A stretch of DNA of 64,000 bases from Pseudomonadota bacterium (GCA_040388195.1 JAZKCF010000042.1:2885-66884); one strand, 5' to 3'; positions 1 through 9,841 are shown, counted from the stretch's first letter. Notes: generated by a model from the sequence alone, not told the origin. Numbers and translations: made by a program.

Positions 1-249
1 CCACCGGTGATGTAATTTTTCCGCCAGTCGCAGCATCAACGTGCCATCGCCGGCGCCAAGTTCCATGATGCGTCGTGGTGATGCTTTTAAATTAAGATTA
101 CGCAAACCGCGCAGCAGGATAACTCGTGTACCCATGATCCTATTAATTCGCTGTAAGTCTCGGCGCGAATGGATTGCTTTTGGATCGTGCTCAGGAAGTC
201 GATCTAGCGTTTCTGGACTGACGCATCGCAGAACAAATGACACATACAC
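1..249 (-). CDS. class I SAM-dependent methyltransferase, N-terminal part (gene runs off the left edge)
   Basis: My reverse-strand translation reads SFVLRCVSPETLDRLPEHDPKAIHSRRDLQRINRIMGTRVILLRGLRNLNLKASPRRIMELGAGDGTLMLRLAEKLHHRW. ELGAGDG fits the GxGxG SAM-binding motif I. Candidate starts are GTG at 249 or 243, or TTG at 261 overlapping the PKS stop (TTGA). The start is uncertain. Confidence 0.6.
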   Translation of the reverse strand, partial: MYVSFVLRCVSPETLDRLPEHDPKAIHSRRDLQRINRIMGTRVILLRGLRNLNLKASPRRIMELGAGDGTLMLRLAEKLHHRW

Positions 250-257
250 TCCGTTTC

Positions 258-1316
258 TCAACTAACTTCAAGTAGCGCGCCGTGACAACTAAACCCTGCA
301 CCGAATGTTGACATCCACCACCAACCACTTGCCGCTTTGTCTTTTAACGCCGCTTGAAGTACGTAATAAATGAAAGCACTACTCATGTTCCCATAGTCGC
401 GCAATATTGCTGCGCTATAGCGAAAAGCTGTCGGCTCGACGCCGAATCGCTCCTGTAGGGCTGCCAATACATCGCGCCCGCCAGCATGCATGACCCATGT
501 GCGAATCTCAGCTTGGCTGACACCAGAGCTGCGTAATACCGATTTCAATACTTGATAAGCATGACCTGCAGCAAGTTGTGGCACTTCGCGAGTGAGCACA
601 TTGCGCAACATCCCCTGACGTTGTTCAAATAATAACGCTTTGCGTTTCGAAGGATTAATTAACGAGGCGCTGTGCGTCCATTCAATACGGCGTCGTATTA
701 CTCCTGGAGATTTCGACAACACCGCCGCGCCTGCACCGTCACCAAACAGGCAAGCGCTAATCAATACACCGGGATCATCATCCAAATACATCGCCGCGCT
801 ACAAACTTCAACGCAAATCGATAGCACGTGGCGGCATTGCCCTGAACTCAGCAACGCATTTGCTAACTGCCAATTCGGTAATGCGGCGGCACAGCCTTGT
901 CCAACAAGATCGAAAGCCTGTATTTCAGGCCGAAGTTGGAGTTGCTCAATAACATAACCACTAATCCCTGGACAGAGATAGCCGGTGCATGTACTTACCA
1001 CCACGCCGTCTATTTGCTTTGCATCCACTTGTGCATTGGCGAGTGCCACCTCGCCTGCTTGGGATGCCAGGAGCGGGGCGTGTGATAAAAAGCGCGCATA
1101 CAACGCATCAGGATCAATATTAAAAACCTCGCGAAGAGATTTAACGGCGAGATGACGTGAATCTATGCCGTTATCTCGAAACAAAACTGCTTCCGCGATC
1201 GAACGGGATCGCGGACCAAGACGAGTAAACCAATCGGAACATGTAAATGCTTCCCAGCACTCAGCTTTCGAATAGCGTTGTGTCGGGTTCGCCGTTCCGA
1301 TTCCTGTCACAAACAT
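258..1316 (-). CDS. type III polyketide synthase (chalcone/stilbene synthase family)
   Basis: 352-aa ORF. The N-terminus GIGTANP and the active-site Cys context VVVSTCTGYLCPG fit the family, as do the thiolase-fold length and the C-terminal FGAGFS motif. An AAAGGA Shine-Dalgarno sequence lies upstream of the ATG. Confidence 0.85.
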   Translation of the reverse strand: MFVTGIGTANPTQRYSKAECWEAFTCSDWFTRLGPRSRSIAEAVLFRDNGIDSRHLAVKSLREVFNIDPDALYARFLSHAPLLASQAGEVALANAQVDAKQIDGVVVSTCTGYLCPGISGYVIEQLQLRPEIQAFDLVGQGCAAALPNWQLANALLSSGQCRHVLSICVEVCSAAMYLDDDPGVLISACLFGDGAGAAVLSKSPGVIRRRIEWTHSASLINPSKRKALLFEQRQGMLRNVLTREVPQLAAGHAYQVLKSVLRSSGVSQAEIRTWVMHAGGRDVLAALQERFGVEPTAFRYSAAILRDYGNMSSAFIYYVLQAALKDKAASGWWWMSTFGAGFSCHGALLEVS

Positions 1317-1424
1317 TTATTCCTTTCGCGGATGGAGAAAATTTTTCAACATCATGCAATTGTTGTACCATCGCCGCGATTCAGCCCGTACGAGATACAG
1401 AAACCAATAGAATTAGAAATAGAA

Positions 1425-1520
1425 CTTACGCAAAACCGCCCCAGCCGCGTTACGGCTCCTTGCCGTACTAGTTTGGTACTGTCTGCGTCGCCGCGCCTTG
1501 CTGGGGCGGTTTTGCGTAAG
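1425..1520. repeat. TTACGCAAAA-ended palindromic intergenic element, copy R1 (96 bp)
   Basis: The termini cttacgcaaaaccgccccagc and gctggggcggttttgcgtaag are perfect inverted repeats. The copy is nearly identical to 52373-52467. It lies in the divergent PKS/TauE promoter gap. Confidence 0.85.
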
Positions 1521-1599
1521 TCCAAAGAAAGAAAGGTGCGATGCCTACGGTAAAAATTACCTTCAGATTACGCGGATTTTGCAAAAGAGAAGAAGCCGT

Positions 1600-2373
1600 A
1601 TGAACTTCTTGTTATCTCCAGATACGCTGCTTATCCTATTTTGCGCCGCAACTGTCGCTGGCTTTATCGATACCATTGCTGGCGGCGGCGGGCTTATTAC
1701 TATTCCGACATTGCTGTTAGCACAGGTGCCCGTTATGCATGCACTGGCCACTAATAAATTGCAAGGAAGCTTTGGCACACTCACCGCAACGTTTATGCTG
1801 ATGCGTAAGAAATTGATACGAGTTTCAGACGTGCGTGTGTTGTTCTTATACTCATTGACCGGCGCAGGTTTGGGCGCAGCGGCGATTCAATTTATGCGTC
1901 CGCAAGCGCTCGATGTTATGGTGCCCGTAGTGTTAATCGGCATTGCCTTTTATTTTTTGCTTGCACCTAACGCTGGCGATATCGACCGCCAGCCTCGAAT
2001 TAGCGAGAGTCTCTATCGAAAAATTGTAGTCCCTCTGATCGGTTTTTATGACGGAATGTTCGGACCCGGAACGGGATCATTTTTTTCCTTGGCCGGCGTC
2101 GCATTGAGAGGGCAAAATCTCATTACGGCAACGGCCAATGCAAAGGTGCTAAATTTTGCGAGCAACTTGGCATCACTTGCGGTATTTATCGCTGGCGGAA
2201 AAGTGGTATGGATAGCGGGAATTGTCATGGCGAGCGGCCAAGTAATCGGCGCCTGGGCCGGCTCGCATGCGATAGTACGAGGTGGCACCCGTTTGATTCG
2301 GCCTATGATTGTTACCGTCTGTTTTATCATGCTTGGCCGTTATCTTTGGCAAAAAGGATTATTGGCCTACTAA
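1600..2373 (+). CDS. TauE/SafE (DUF81) family anion-export membrane protein
   Basis: Polytopic hydrophobic protein with the characteristic GFIDTIAGGGGLITIP motif, and again FGPGTGSF in the second half. I prefer the internal ATG at 1600 (MNFLLSP) because the longer ORF from 1498 runs through repeat R1. Confidence 0.8.
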   Translation: MNFLLSPDTLLILFCAATVAGFIDTIAGGGGLITIPTLLLAQVPVMHALATNKLQGSFGTLTATFMLMRKKLIRVSDVRVLFLYSLTGAGLGAAAIQFMRPQALDVMVPVVLIGIAFYFLLAPNAGDIDRQPRISESLYRKIVVPLIGFYDGMFGPGTGSFFSLAGVALRGQNLITATANAKVLNFASNLASLAVFIAGGKVVWIAGIVMASGQVIGAWAGSHAIVRGGTRLIRPMIVTVCFIMLGRYLWQKGLLAY

Positions 2374-2422
2374 CAAACGAGGCAGGAGCGGGCAACGCTT
2401 CGCTCCTGCAGGTCGGACCTTT

Positions 2423-3214
2423 TTAAAATGCACTCTTAATAACGCCGCCGTCTACTCGCAACGCTGCACCTGTCGTAGCCGATGCCAGTGGGCTAGCAAT
2501 ATAAGCAACCAGACTGGCAACCTCCTCCGGCGTAGCGAAGCGTTTAATCAGCGAAGTAGGCCGCATTTTTTTGAAGAATTCTTGTTCGAATTCACCAAAT
2601 GACATGCCTGCGGATTTCGATAAGGTATCAACAAAATCCACAACGCCGCGCGATTTAGTCGGGCCTGGTAATACGCTATTCACCGTAATACCCGTTCCCG
2701 CAACGGCTTCCGCCAAGCCACGCGATACGGCCAACTGTGCAGTTTTTGTCATGCCGTAATGGATCATTTCAGCAGGAATCTGAATAGCACTTTCGCTTGA
2801 AATAAAGATAATGCGGCCCCAATCACGATGTTTCATTGCAGGCAAAAAAAGGCGAGCGAGGCGTATTCCGCTCAGGACGTTGACATCGAAAAAACGATGC
2901 CAATCTGCGTCGGGAATTTCTTCGAACGGCTTTGGCTCGAAGATACCCAAATTGTTAATAAGGATTTCCACGTCAGGATATTGCCGCGCTAATTCTTCAG
3001 CGGCTGTGGCAGAACTTAAATCCCCAGCAAAGCCAACGACATCGCTGCCAGTTTCGGCTTTCAGCTTTTTAACGACTTCTGTGACAGAGGGCTGCGAGCG
3101 GCCGTTGACGATGACACGAGCACCTTCGCGAGCTAACGTTTCGGCGATTGCATATCCGATTCCTGCAGTACTACCGGTGACTAATGCGAGCTTATTTGTT
3201 AGATTTAGATTCAT
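2423..3214 (-). CDS. SDR family NAD(P)-dependent oxidoreductase
   Basis: TGSTAGIGYAIA (TGxxxGxG cofactor motif) and YGMTKTA (YxxxK catalytic motif); 263 aa. Confidence 0.9.
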   Translation of the reverse strand: MNLNLTNKLALVTGSTAGIGYAIAETLAREGARVIVNGRSQPSVTEVVKKLKAETGSDVVGFAGDLSSATAAEELARQYPDVEILINNLGIFEPKPFEEIPDADWHRFFDVNVLSGIRLARLFLPAMKHRDWGRIIFISSESAIQIPAEMIHYGMTKTAQLAVSRGLAEAVAGTGITVNSVLPGPTKSRGVVDFVDTLSKSAGMSFGEFEQEFFKKMRPTSLIKRFATPEEVASLVAYIASPLASATTGAALRVDGGVIKSAF

Positions 3215-3372
3215 GATGACCTCATATATTGATAGAACAAATTAACAATGCGGCAGTCTTTATTTCCGCCTTCTTTAATAGGCATTTTATTGCCGTAAGC
3301 GCTCGTTCAAAATCCGCCACATGAACGAAACGATACCAAGTACAATCCGCACCGATAAGGGAAACAAGAGCT

Positions 3373-4104
3373 ATGGCAAAAGAACGAATCGAGGTGTTTG
3401 AAGAACGAGGGATTAGGTATTTGCAGTTCGGCCCGGATTGTATCCAAAGCGCGATGCGGATAAGCCGGCCCTACTCTCTCGTGCTGGATTACACCCGGGC
3501 AATGATGATGGCTTTGTTGCTGCAACCAGCGCCACGCCATGCCTTGATTATCGGTTTGGGGGCTGGCTCTGTAGCAAAATTTCTCTATCATCATTATCCA
3601 AGCACCCGAATTACCGTAGTCGAGATTAATCCCAAAGTTGTTACCGTGGCACGAACCTATTTCTGTGTGCCTGAGGAGTCGGCGCATTTTTCGATTCAAG
3701 TAGGTGACGGATTCACGTATGTACAGGAATCTAAGCGACACTTCGACATCATCCTCGTCGATGGTTTCGATCACAACTCCCGTGCAGGTCCGCTCGAAAG
3801 TATATCGTTCTATACCGCTTGCTGTGCCCGTCTATCGGAACATGGCGTTATGGCAGCCAACTTGCTTGGTGAAGAAAGAGGATTCAAGGCAACCACTGAG
3901 CGAATAGCACTTGCATTCTCGGGGCGCGCATTTCAGCTACGGCCGTCTAAAGCAGGTAACGTCGTCATGCTTGGCCTTGGTGCAGCGACAGATAGCTTGG
4001 ATGAAGAAACTCTTCGAGAGCGTGCAGGCGTACTGAAAGAAAAAACCAGTCTCAATGTCGCGTTTGCCCTACCGAAGCAATGGGAAGCTCTAAACATCGG
4101 TTAA
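3373..4104 (+). CDS. spermidine-synthase-like methyltransferase-fold protein
   Basis: LIIGLGAGSVAKFL (motif I), VVEINPKVV and DIILVDGFD resemble polyamine aminopropyltransferase-like proteins. The function is not certain. Confidence 0.65.
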   Translation: MAKERIEVFEERGIRYLQFGPDCIQSAMRISRPYSLVLDYTRAMMMALLLQPAPRHALIIGLGAGSVAKFLYHHYPSTRITVVEINPKVVTVARTYFCVPEESAHFSIQVGDGFTYVQESKRHFDIILVDGFDHNSRAGPLESISFYTACCARLSEHGVMAANLLGEERGFKATTERIALAFSGRAFQLRPSKAGNVVMLGLGAATDSLDEETLRERAGVLKEKTSLNVAFALPKQWEALNIG

Positions 4105-4119
4105 ATTCGCGAATCCACT

Positions 4120-5037
4120 TTATTTAAAATTTGCGTCCAAGCTGTTATGAATATCGGTAGCGGCGATAGCGGCATGGCCTACAGCCACGCTAATCTGATT
4201 CAGCGCATTAACTACATCGCCGGCAGCATAAAGACCGGAGATCGAAGTACGCTGGTGCGAATCGACGATTAAGTCGCCTTTTTCACTACTGCGAGCGCCT
4301 AAGCTTGTCGCCAAATGAGCTCCTCCCTTCGCGCCGAACATCGCATACAACATATCAAATCGATATTCATTTCTGCTCACAGTTTTTGCTGCAACACGCA
4401 GGTCTTCCGTTACGGATATCTCATCAACCGGATCTTCGATCAAGTGAATATCTGCTTGACGCAATACTGTCCGCTCATTGTCGTTAAGGCTCGAACATCC
4501 ACCAGGTGTAAGTAAGGTTAGATTAGCCGAATAAGTGCGCAGGAACAAAGCATGATGGTGGGCTTCTTTCAGTGGTCCGAAAACCGCGATCTTCTTGTCC
4601 AACGCTTCGAACCCATCGCAAATCGGACAAAGGCGAATGTAGCCGTGCCGAATTGCTTCATCTAGATTCGGCAACGATGGTTTCTCATCGACAATACCCG
4701 TCGCGAGCAGCACTTTTTTTGATATCACCTGCTCCGATCCAATTGAGGCAACGAAATTACCATCAGTCAATTTTTGTAAATCATCGACCTGGTCTTCTCT
4801 TACCTGGATTCCGTAGTACTCAGCTTGCCGACGAAATTGAGCAAGCAACTCATTACCGGATATTCCGTCGGGAAAACCAGGGTAATTGTGAGTGACCGGA
4901 ATATAAGAGGCACGACTACAACCGGCATCCACGATCATAATGTGACGACGTAGCCTGGCAAGATAGGTGGCTGCCGTAAGTCCGGCAGGACCTGCGCCGA
5001 TAATGAGACATTCTATTTCTGGGGCATTAGTAGCCAT
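4120..5037 (-). CDS. thioredoxin-reductase-like FAD/NAD(P)-dependent disulfide oxidoreductase
   Basis: [17 protein letters not shown] (FAD GxGxxG), a CPICDG redox-active CxxC, and the C-terminal FAD motif GLYAAGDV. Confidence 0.8.
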   Translation of the reverse strand: MATNAPEIECLIIGAGPAGLTAATYLARLRRHIMIVDAGCSRASYIPVTHNYPGFPDGISGNELLAQFRRQAEYYGIQVREDQVDDLQKLTDGNFVASIGSEQVISKKVLLATGIVDEKPSLPNLDEAIRHGYIRLCPICDGFEALDKKIAVFGPLKEAHHHALFLRTYSANLTLLTPGGCSSLNDNERTVLRQADIHLIEDPVDEISVTEDLRVAAKTVSRNEYRFDMLYAMFGAKGGAHLATSLGARSSEKGDLIVDSHQRTSISGLYAAGDVVNALNQISVAVGHAAIAATDIHNSLDANFK

Positions 5038-5066
5038 AGAAGATAAAAGGTAAAAATTTACTACTA

Positions 5067-5095
5067 CCGCCTTTGGGACGGTTTTGCGTAAATCC
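5067..5095. repeat. solo right-end fragment of the TTACGCAAAA element family (R5)
   Basis: ccgcctttgggacggttttgcgtaaatcc aligns by eye with the right end of R1 (cgccttgctggggcggttttgcgtaagtcc). Confidence 0.55.
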
Positions 5096-5161
5096 TAAAA
5101 AATTCACTTCGGTTATATAAATGACTATTCCAGGCAAAAATGATTCCCACGCGTACGATAT

Positions 5162-6616
5162 TCAGTTTTCAATCTTTGCGTGAGTAACAGAAATTGCTGA
5201 TCCGTTAAACACGCCGTCTACTCTAACCTTCGTTCCTGCCGTAATCAAATTGAAGAAATCTCCTTGCAAAATAGCGTTTCCATTCGCATCCTCAAATTGA
5301 ACGGTTGGATCGCTAGTGTCCGCCGCGATTCCTAATATGGTGAGCGTCGGATTAGTCGCGCTGTTCACAGGGCCCTTCAACGATACCGGGCCAGTTGAAT
5401 CATTAATACGCGTCAATCTGACAGCGACCAGAGAGTTCGCTCCATTCTCCTTTTTTCCAGCTACGGAAATACGATTATTCGCGCTGAGATCGCTAAGGTT
5501 GAAATCATGTACGGCTCCCCTTCTGTCATCCAACAAGGTATTACGATCAACTTTAATAACAATGCCTGAGGTTCCCAATACCGTCACTGTGTTGTCTGTG
5601 ATATTAACGAGCGTAATAGGCACATCAAGCGATACATCGGACACCTGTTGGAATCGCACCTTTGCTGCGGCGAGCACATCACTGCTTACAATGCCTTCGA
5701 TCTCCACTTTGGCACCATCAACGAGATTGGTAGCAGCTCCGTTTTGGTAAGTCGTCGCCGTACTGGTTGAAACCGTTTGGCCGTTTACACTGAATCTGTT
5801 GGGTACAGATCCGCTGATAAAGCCTTGGACATGCACTTGCTGCCCTTCCAGGGCACCGACACCGCTCGGCAACACGTCGACACTCGTAGCGGTCAATATT
5901 CCTCCTACCGGTGCTACGCTTGCTCTGACTCTAACGAATAAGCCGTTGTTCAAACCACCAGCGGGGAAATTAGTGCGCACGCTATTAACGTAATTCACGC
6001 TTAGCGCCCCTAATGTAAAAGCTGTAGGAGTGACGCCGCTGATTGCGCCGGTGCTTATGAAACCGGCATTCTGATCTACGCTTTTCACCTTCGTGGCATG
6101 AAGTTTATGATCTGTTGCATTTCGATAACCGCTGACTTCAACGTTTAGCCCGGCAGTAATGCTTGCGAATCCTCGCGCGCTGTCATAAACAGTTGTTTCG
6201 TCGGCAACCACGTCTTGCCCGAAGATATTGAAAGTTCCACCATCCTCCAATGCTGAAGGTGTTACCACTGGGCCACGTAAGTCCGGGGTGTAATTAATGG
6301 TGTTCGCTGTGCCCGTTAGATTATCGCTATTCACAAATCCACCGACCGTTACCACCATTCCGGTTTCGAGACCGGTCTCGAGGCCATTGTCTGTTCCGTC
6401 GAGCGTAAAGTTTGTGCTATTGGTCCCATACTCAATACCGTTGACGAATATGCTGCCAAATTGGGTCACCGTACCAACCGACGTGACGCCGCTATTATCA
6501 TTACCATTGCCATCACCGGTGCCGTTAGCGCCATCCGTAATGGTCTCGCCACGGAGACACGCCGTTAATATAAAAGAAGTTAAAAGCGCCGCGGTAAACC
6601 AGTAATGCCTTCGCAT
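5162..6616 (-). CDS. secreted lipoprotein with about six tandem DUF5666-like beta-rich repeats
   Basis: The signal peptide plus lipobox (LTAC) follows the internal Met (MRRHYWFTAALLTSFILTAC). A repeating module of about 75-80 aa ends in G..VEVSG / VRVRA / VEIEGI / VRVDGV...A.KV. The family call is from pattern recognition only. Confidence 0.55.
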   Translation of the reverse strand: MRRHYWFTAALLTSFILTACLRGETITDGANGTGDGNGNDNSGVTSVGTVTQFGSIFVNGIEYGTNSTNFTLDGTDNGLETGLETGMVVTVGGFVNSDNLTGTANTINYTPDLRGPVVTPSALEDGGTFNIFGQDVVADETTVYDSARGFASITAGLNVEVSGYRNATDHKLHATKVKSVDQNAGFISTGAISGVTPTAFTLGALSVNYVNSVRTNFPAGGLNNGLFVRVRASVAPVGGILTATSVDVLPSGVGALEGQQVHVQGFISGSVPNRFSVNGQTVSTSTATTYQNGAATNLVDGAKVEIEGIVSSDVLAAAKVRFQQVSDVSLDVPITLVNITDNTVTVLGTSGIVIKVDRNTLLDDRRGAVHDFNLSDLSANNRISVAGKKENGANSLVAVRLTRINDSTGPVSLKGPVNSATNPTLTILGIAADTSDPTVQFEDANGNAILQGDFFNLITAGTKVRVDGVFNGSAISVTHAKIEN

Positions 6617-6718
6617 CGTATTGTCTCTCTGTGGAAAAATGGTGGCGATTAAGAATGACAATTTTTAGTAGCGCATTTTTTGTTAATCATTTTTCAAAAA
6701 ATCGATAGATATCGACAT

Positions 6719-9700
6719 TTATTGAATAGCACTGGACGCCTCGGAAAATGTCCCTTCCCCTATCAAAAGTGCTTGAAACTTCTCAGCAGGAACCGCAGAA
6801 CTATAGTAATACCCCTGTACCTCGTAACAACCCAATGAACGCAGTTTCTCTAATTGGGCCTTTGATTCGACGCCTTCCGCAATAACGCCAAGCCGCAAGC
6901 TGTGCGCGAGATTAATGATCGCTTGCGTAATGGCCTCACTATCTGGATTGGTCAGCATGTCTTCGATAAACGAGCTATCAACTTTGATTTTATCAATTGG
7001 AATATGCTTTAAATAACTGAGACTAGAGTAACCCGTGCCAAAATCATCAATGCTTATATGTACGCCTTTTTTTCGTAACCGCATTGCTAATTCAGCGACC
7101 AGCGATGCTCTGCGCATGATCGCGGTTTCAGTAATCTCTAGTTCCAAATAGCATGGATCGAGGTTCGACTCGCTCAATATACTCGTGACCAGATCAACGA
7201 ATTCCTTTTGTTGCAGCTGGATGGGGGAAACGTTTACCGATATCGGTATTGGCCGCAATCCTTGTGTTTGCCATTCGCGACATTGCTTGCATGCCTCGCG
7301 CATTACCCACTCGCCAAGTTTGCTAATCAATCCACGCTCTTCCGCTACTGGAACGAATTCGCTAGGCAGCAAAAAATCGCGGCTGTTTTGCCGCCAACGC
7401 AGCAAAGCTTCGGCACCAATGACAAGCCCGTCTCTCATATCAATCTGCGGTTGATACCAGACGCTTAATTGGCCAGCCTCCATGGCATGTCGTAGCTGCC
7501 GTTCAATAGTGGACGTTTTCCTAATGTAGTCATTAAGCTCCGAGGTAAAAAATTGATAGTTATTTCGACCACGATTTTTGGCTTGATAGAGCGCTGAATC
7601 AGCATGCTTTATTAAGGTATGACCTTCCGTTCCATCGGTTGGGTAGACGCTAATACCAATACTAATCGTGGTATGGATTTGATGTCCTTGCAGCAAAAAC
7701 GGTTTAGACGTACTTGCGAGTATTTTGTTGGCAACAGGAACGGCTTGTGCAGCTTTATCGATATCGGGTAATACCACCAAAAATTCATCGCCACCGATCC
7801 GGGCGACAGTATCCTCATCGCGAACGCAATTCAGCAGCCGCTCCCCTATTGCACGTAGCAGCATGTCGCCAATTTGATGGCCTAAGGAGTCATTAATATT
7901 TTTAAAGTTATCGAGATCCATAAATAGGACCGCCACTCTTTTTTTGCTCCGGGCGGCCATCTGAATAGCTTGAGATAGTCGATCATTCATCAACGCGCGA
8001 TTCGGCAGGGTCGTCACATTATCGTAGTAAGCCAGCGATTGAATCTGCTGCTCGGCATCTTTCCGATCGGTAATATCAGTGGCGACACCATCGATGCGTA
8101 GCAAGCGCCCTTCGTTATGTACCGTGAGACGTCCTCGGCTATGGAGCCAACGAATTTTTCCATCTCGTCGAATAATGCGAAATTCATTGTCGAATGACGG
8201 AGAGGCAAGCGTTAACGTGCGCAATGTATCTGCAACCCGTACCCGGTCATCGGGGCAGATTAAATCGAACCAAAAACCTGGATTCGCCAAAAATGATGAG
8301 GCTGGATAGCCGTAAATTTCCTCTACGGATCGATTTATATAGTTGAGCCGCGACAAATCCGGTGAAAATGACCAGACCACATCCAATATAGATTCCAATA
8401 TTCCATTCAATCGCGCACGGCTTTCCCTCAGCGCGCGTTCGGACTCCTTGCGCTCGGTAATATCTCGGCAAATAAATTGAATAAATTTCTTTCCCTCGAG
8501 AGCAATCGCGCGTGCGCTGACCTCGGCTGGAAAATTGGAACCGTCGCGCCGCTCGTGAGTACTTTCAAAAACAGCCACGCCTTGGGACCGCAACTTAGAC
8601 AATATGACTTCGATTGAATTTCTGGCGGCCTGCGGGGCTAACATGCCAATGGGTTGGCCAAGTAAATCGGAACGACTATATCCCAACGTCTGCAGCGCTT
8701 TATCATTCGCTTCTAGAATTCGTCCGTCCTCATCGGCCAAAATGATGATGTCATTGGCGTACTTGGATAGGTAGTCATATTGCCGCTGCAACAACCGTCT
8801 TTCTGTCAACGCTGCCAACGCTTGAAAGCGAAACTCGCTCTCCTTGTGTTTCCACCACAAAAACAAACCCATTCCCAGAAGGCACATTGCTGCTGCGCCC
8901 GTGCCGACCACGATCCACGCTAACCGGTTAACGTTCGCACGAACGGCGTTCTGGTTGATAGCACTCACTAAAAACCACGGAACATTCTCGATTTTCCTAG
9001 GCACTGCAATGGACAAACCACCTTGTGCATTTTGTAAAAAAAAATGACTTGTTGGCGATTTAGCAGCATCAATAAGCTGGTTCGCGCTTATGGGCAATAT
9101 ATTGGAATGACCTAAATAAGGGGACTGGTGGTCGCCTAGCGATACCGTAACTTCTTGCCCGCGTATTTCCACCAGCAACACTTCGGTAATCATGTCTGGA
9201 TCAGGCTGTGATTGAATAAAACGGTTGATATGCTTGCCGGCATCTACTCTTAATAACAGAACAGCTGTTATTTTTGATCTACGATCATTGATTCCTAAAA
9301 GAGGGGCAACAATCTCGATGGTCCGTTTTTCAGGGCTTATAGAGGCCATAGGACGGATAGCTGAAATCTGTAAAGCGCGAGTGGCCACAACACGTTTTAT
9401 GGTTTGTGCCGAAACAGGATCAATGGATACTGCAGAATCTTGCGTAGAAATCCTGACATTCCCGTCAGCATCGAGAATCGCTGCTTCGAAATAACCATGA
9501 GTTGCTTTCAGTGTTTTAAGTTGTTCGCGCAGTGCCAACTTTGTCTGGTCCTCAGGCGCGCCGCGCTTAATCCACGCTTTAGCGGCCTCGCCAAGAAACC
9601 GACCGCCGCTAAATATCGTTGCATCACCAATTCGCTCTCTTAACCACGCCGATATGGTCACGCTTCGAATGTCGGCGATATGGTTTAGCGTATTTAAAAT

Positions 9701-9841
9701 GTCGTGCTCTTCGTTTTCCACCAATCGGTTGTATATTTGATAGCCAACGGCGGTTGAAACAAGAAACAACAATACGAAGAGGCTAACAGCAAACCGCGAA
9801 TGTCGCGGATTCATGCCGATATTGCGAGCGATCGTTTGCAT
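6719..9841 (-). CDS. membrane sensor diguanylate cyclase/phosphodiesterase (periplasmic Cache-like domain, 2 PAS, GGDEF, EAL)
   Basis: Two transmembrane segments flank a periplasmic domain of about 280 aa. PAS-like blocks are present. The motifs RIGGDEFLVVL, EALLRW, DDFGTGYSSLSYL and QGYYY are intact. Confidence 0.9.
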   Translation of the reverse strand: MQTIARNIGMNPRHSRFAVSLFVLLFLVSTAVGYQIYNRLVENEEHDILNTLNHIADIRSVTISAWLRERIGDATIFSGGRFLGEAAKAWIKRGAPEDQTKLALREQLKTLKATHGYFEAAILDADGNVRISTQDSAVSIDPVSAQTIKRVVATRALQISAIRPMASISPEKRTIEIVAPLLGINDRRSKITAVLLLRVDAGKHINRFIQSQPDPDMITEVLLVEIRGQEVTVSLGDHQSPYLGHSNILPISANQLIDAAKSPTSHFFLQNAQGGLSIAVPRKIENVPWFLVSAINQNAVRANVNRLAWIVVGTGAAAMCLLGMGLFLWWKHKESEFRFQALAALTERRLLQRQYDYLSKYANDIIILADEDGRILEANDKALQTLGYSRSDLLGQPIGMLAPQAARNSIEVILSKLRSQGVAVFESTHERRDGSNFPAEVSARAIALEGKKFIQFICRDITERKESERALRESRARLNGILESILDVVWSFSPDLSRLNYINRSVEEIYGYPASSFLANPGFWFDLICPDDRVRVADTLRTLTLASPSFDNEFRIIRRDGKIRWLHSRGRLTVHNEGRLLRIDGVATDITDRKDAEQQIQSLAYYDNVTTLPNRALMNDRLSQAIQMAARSKKRVAVLFMDLDNFKNINDSLGHQIGDMLLRAIGERLLNCVRDEDTVARIGGDEFLVVLPDIDKAAQAVPVANKILASTSKPFLLQGHQIHTTISIGISVYPTDGTEGHTLIKHADSALYQAKNRGRNNYQFFTSELNDYIRKTSTIERQLRHAMEAGQLSVWYQPQIDMRDGLVIGAEALLRWRQNSRDFLLPSEFVPVAEERGLISKLGEWVMREACKQCREWQTQGLRPIPISVNVSPIQLQQKEFVDLVTSILSESNLDPCYLELEITETAIMRRASLVAELAMRLRKKGVHISIDDFGTGYSSLSYLKHIPIDKIKVDSSFIEDMLTNPDSEAITQAIINLAHSLRLGVIAEGVESKAQLEKLRSLGCYEVQGYYYSSAVPAEKFQALLIGEGTFSEASSAIQ

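Noticed and set aside
3307-3774. 155-aa minus-strand ORF overlapping the spermidine-synthase-like gene
   Set aside because: The plus-strand frame carries clear methyltransferase-fold motifs. The minus frame has none.
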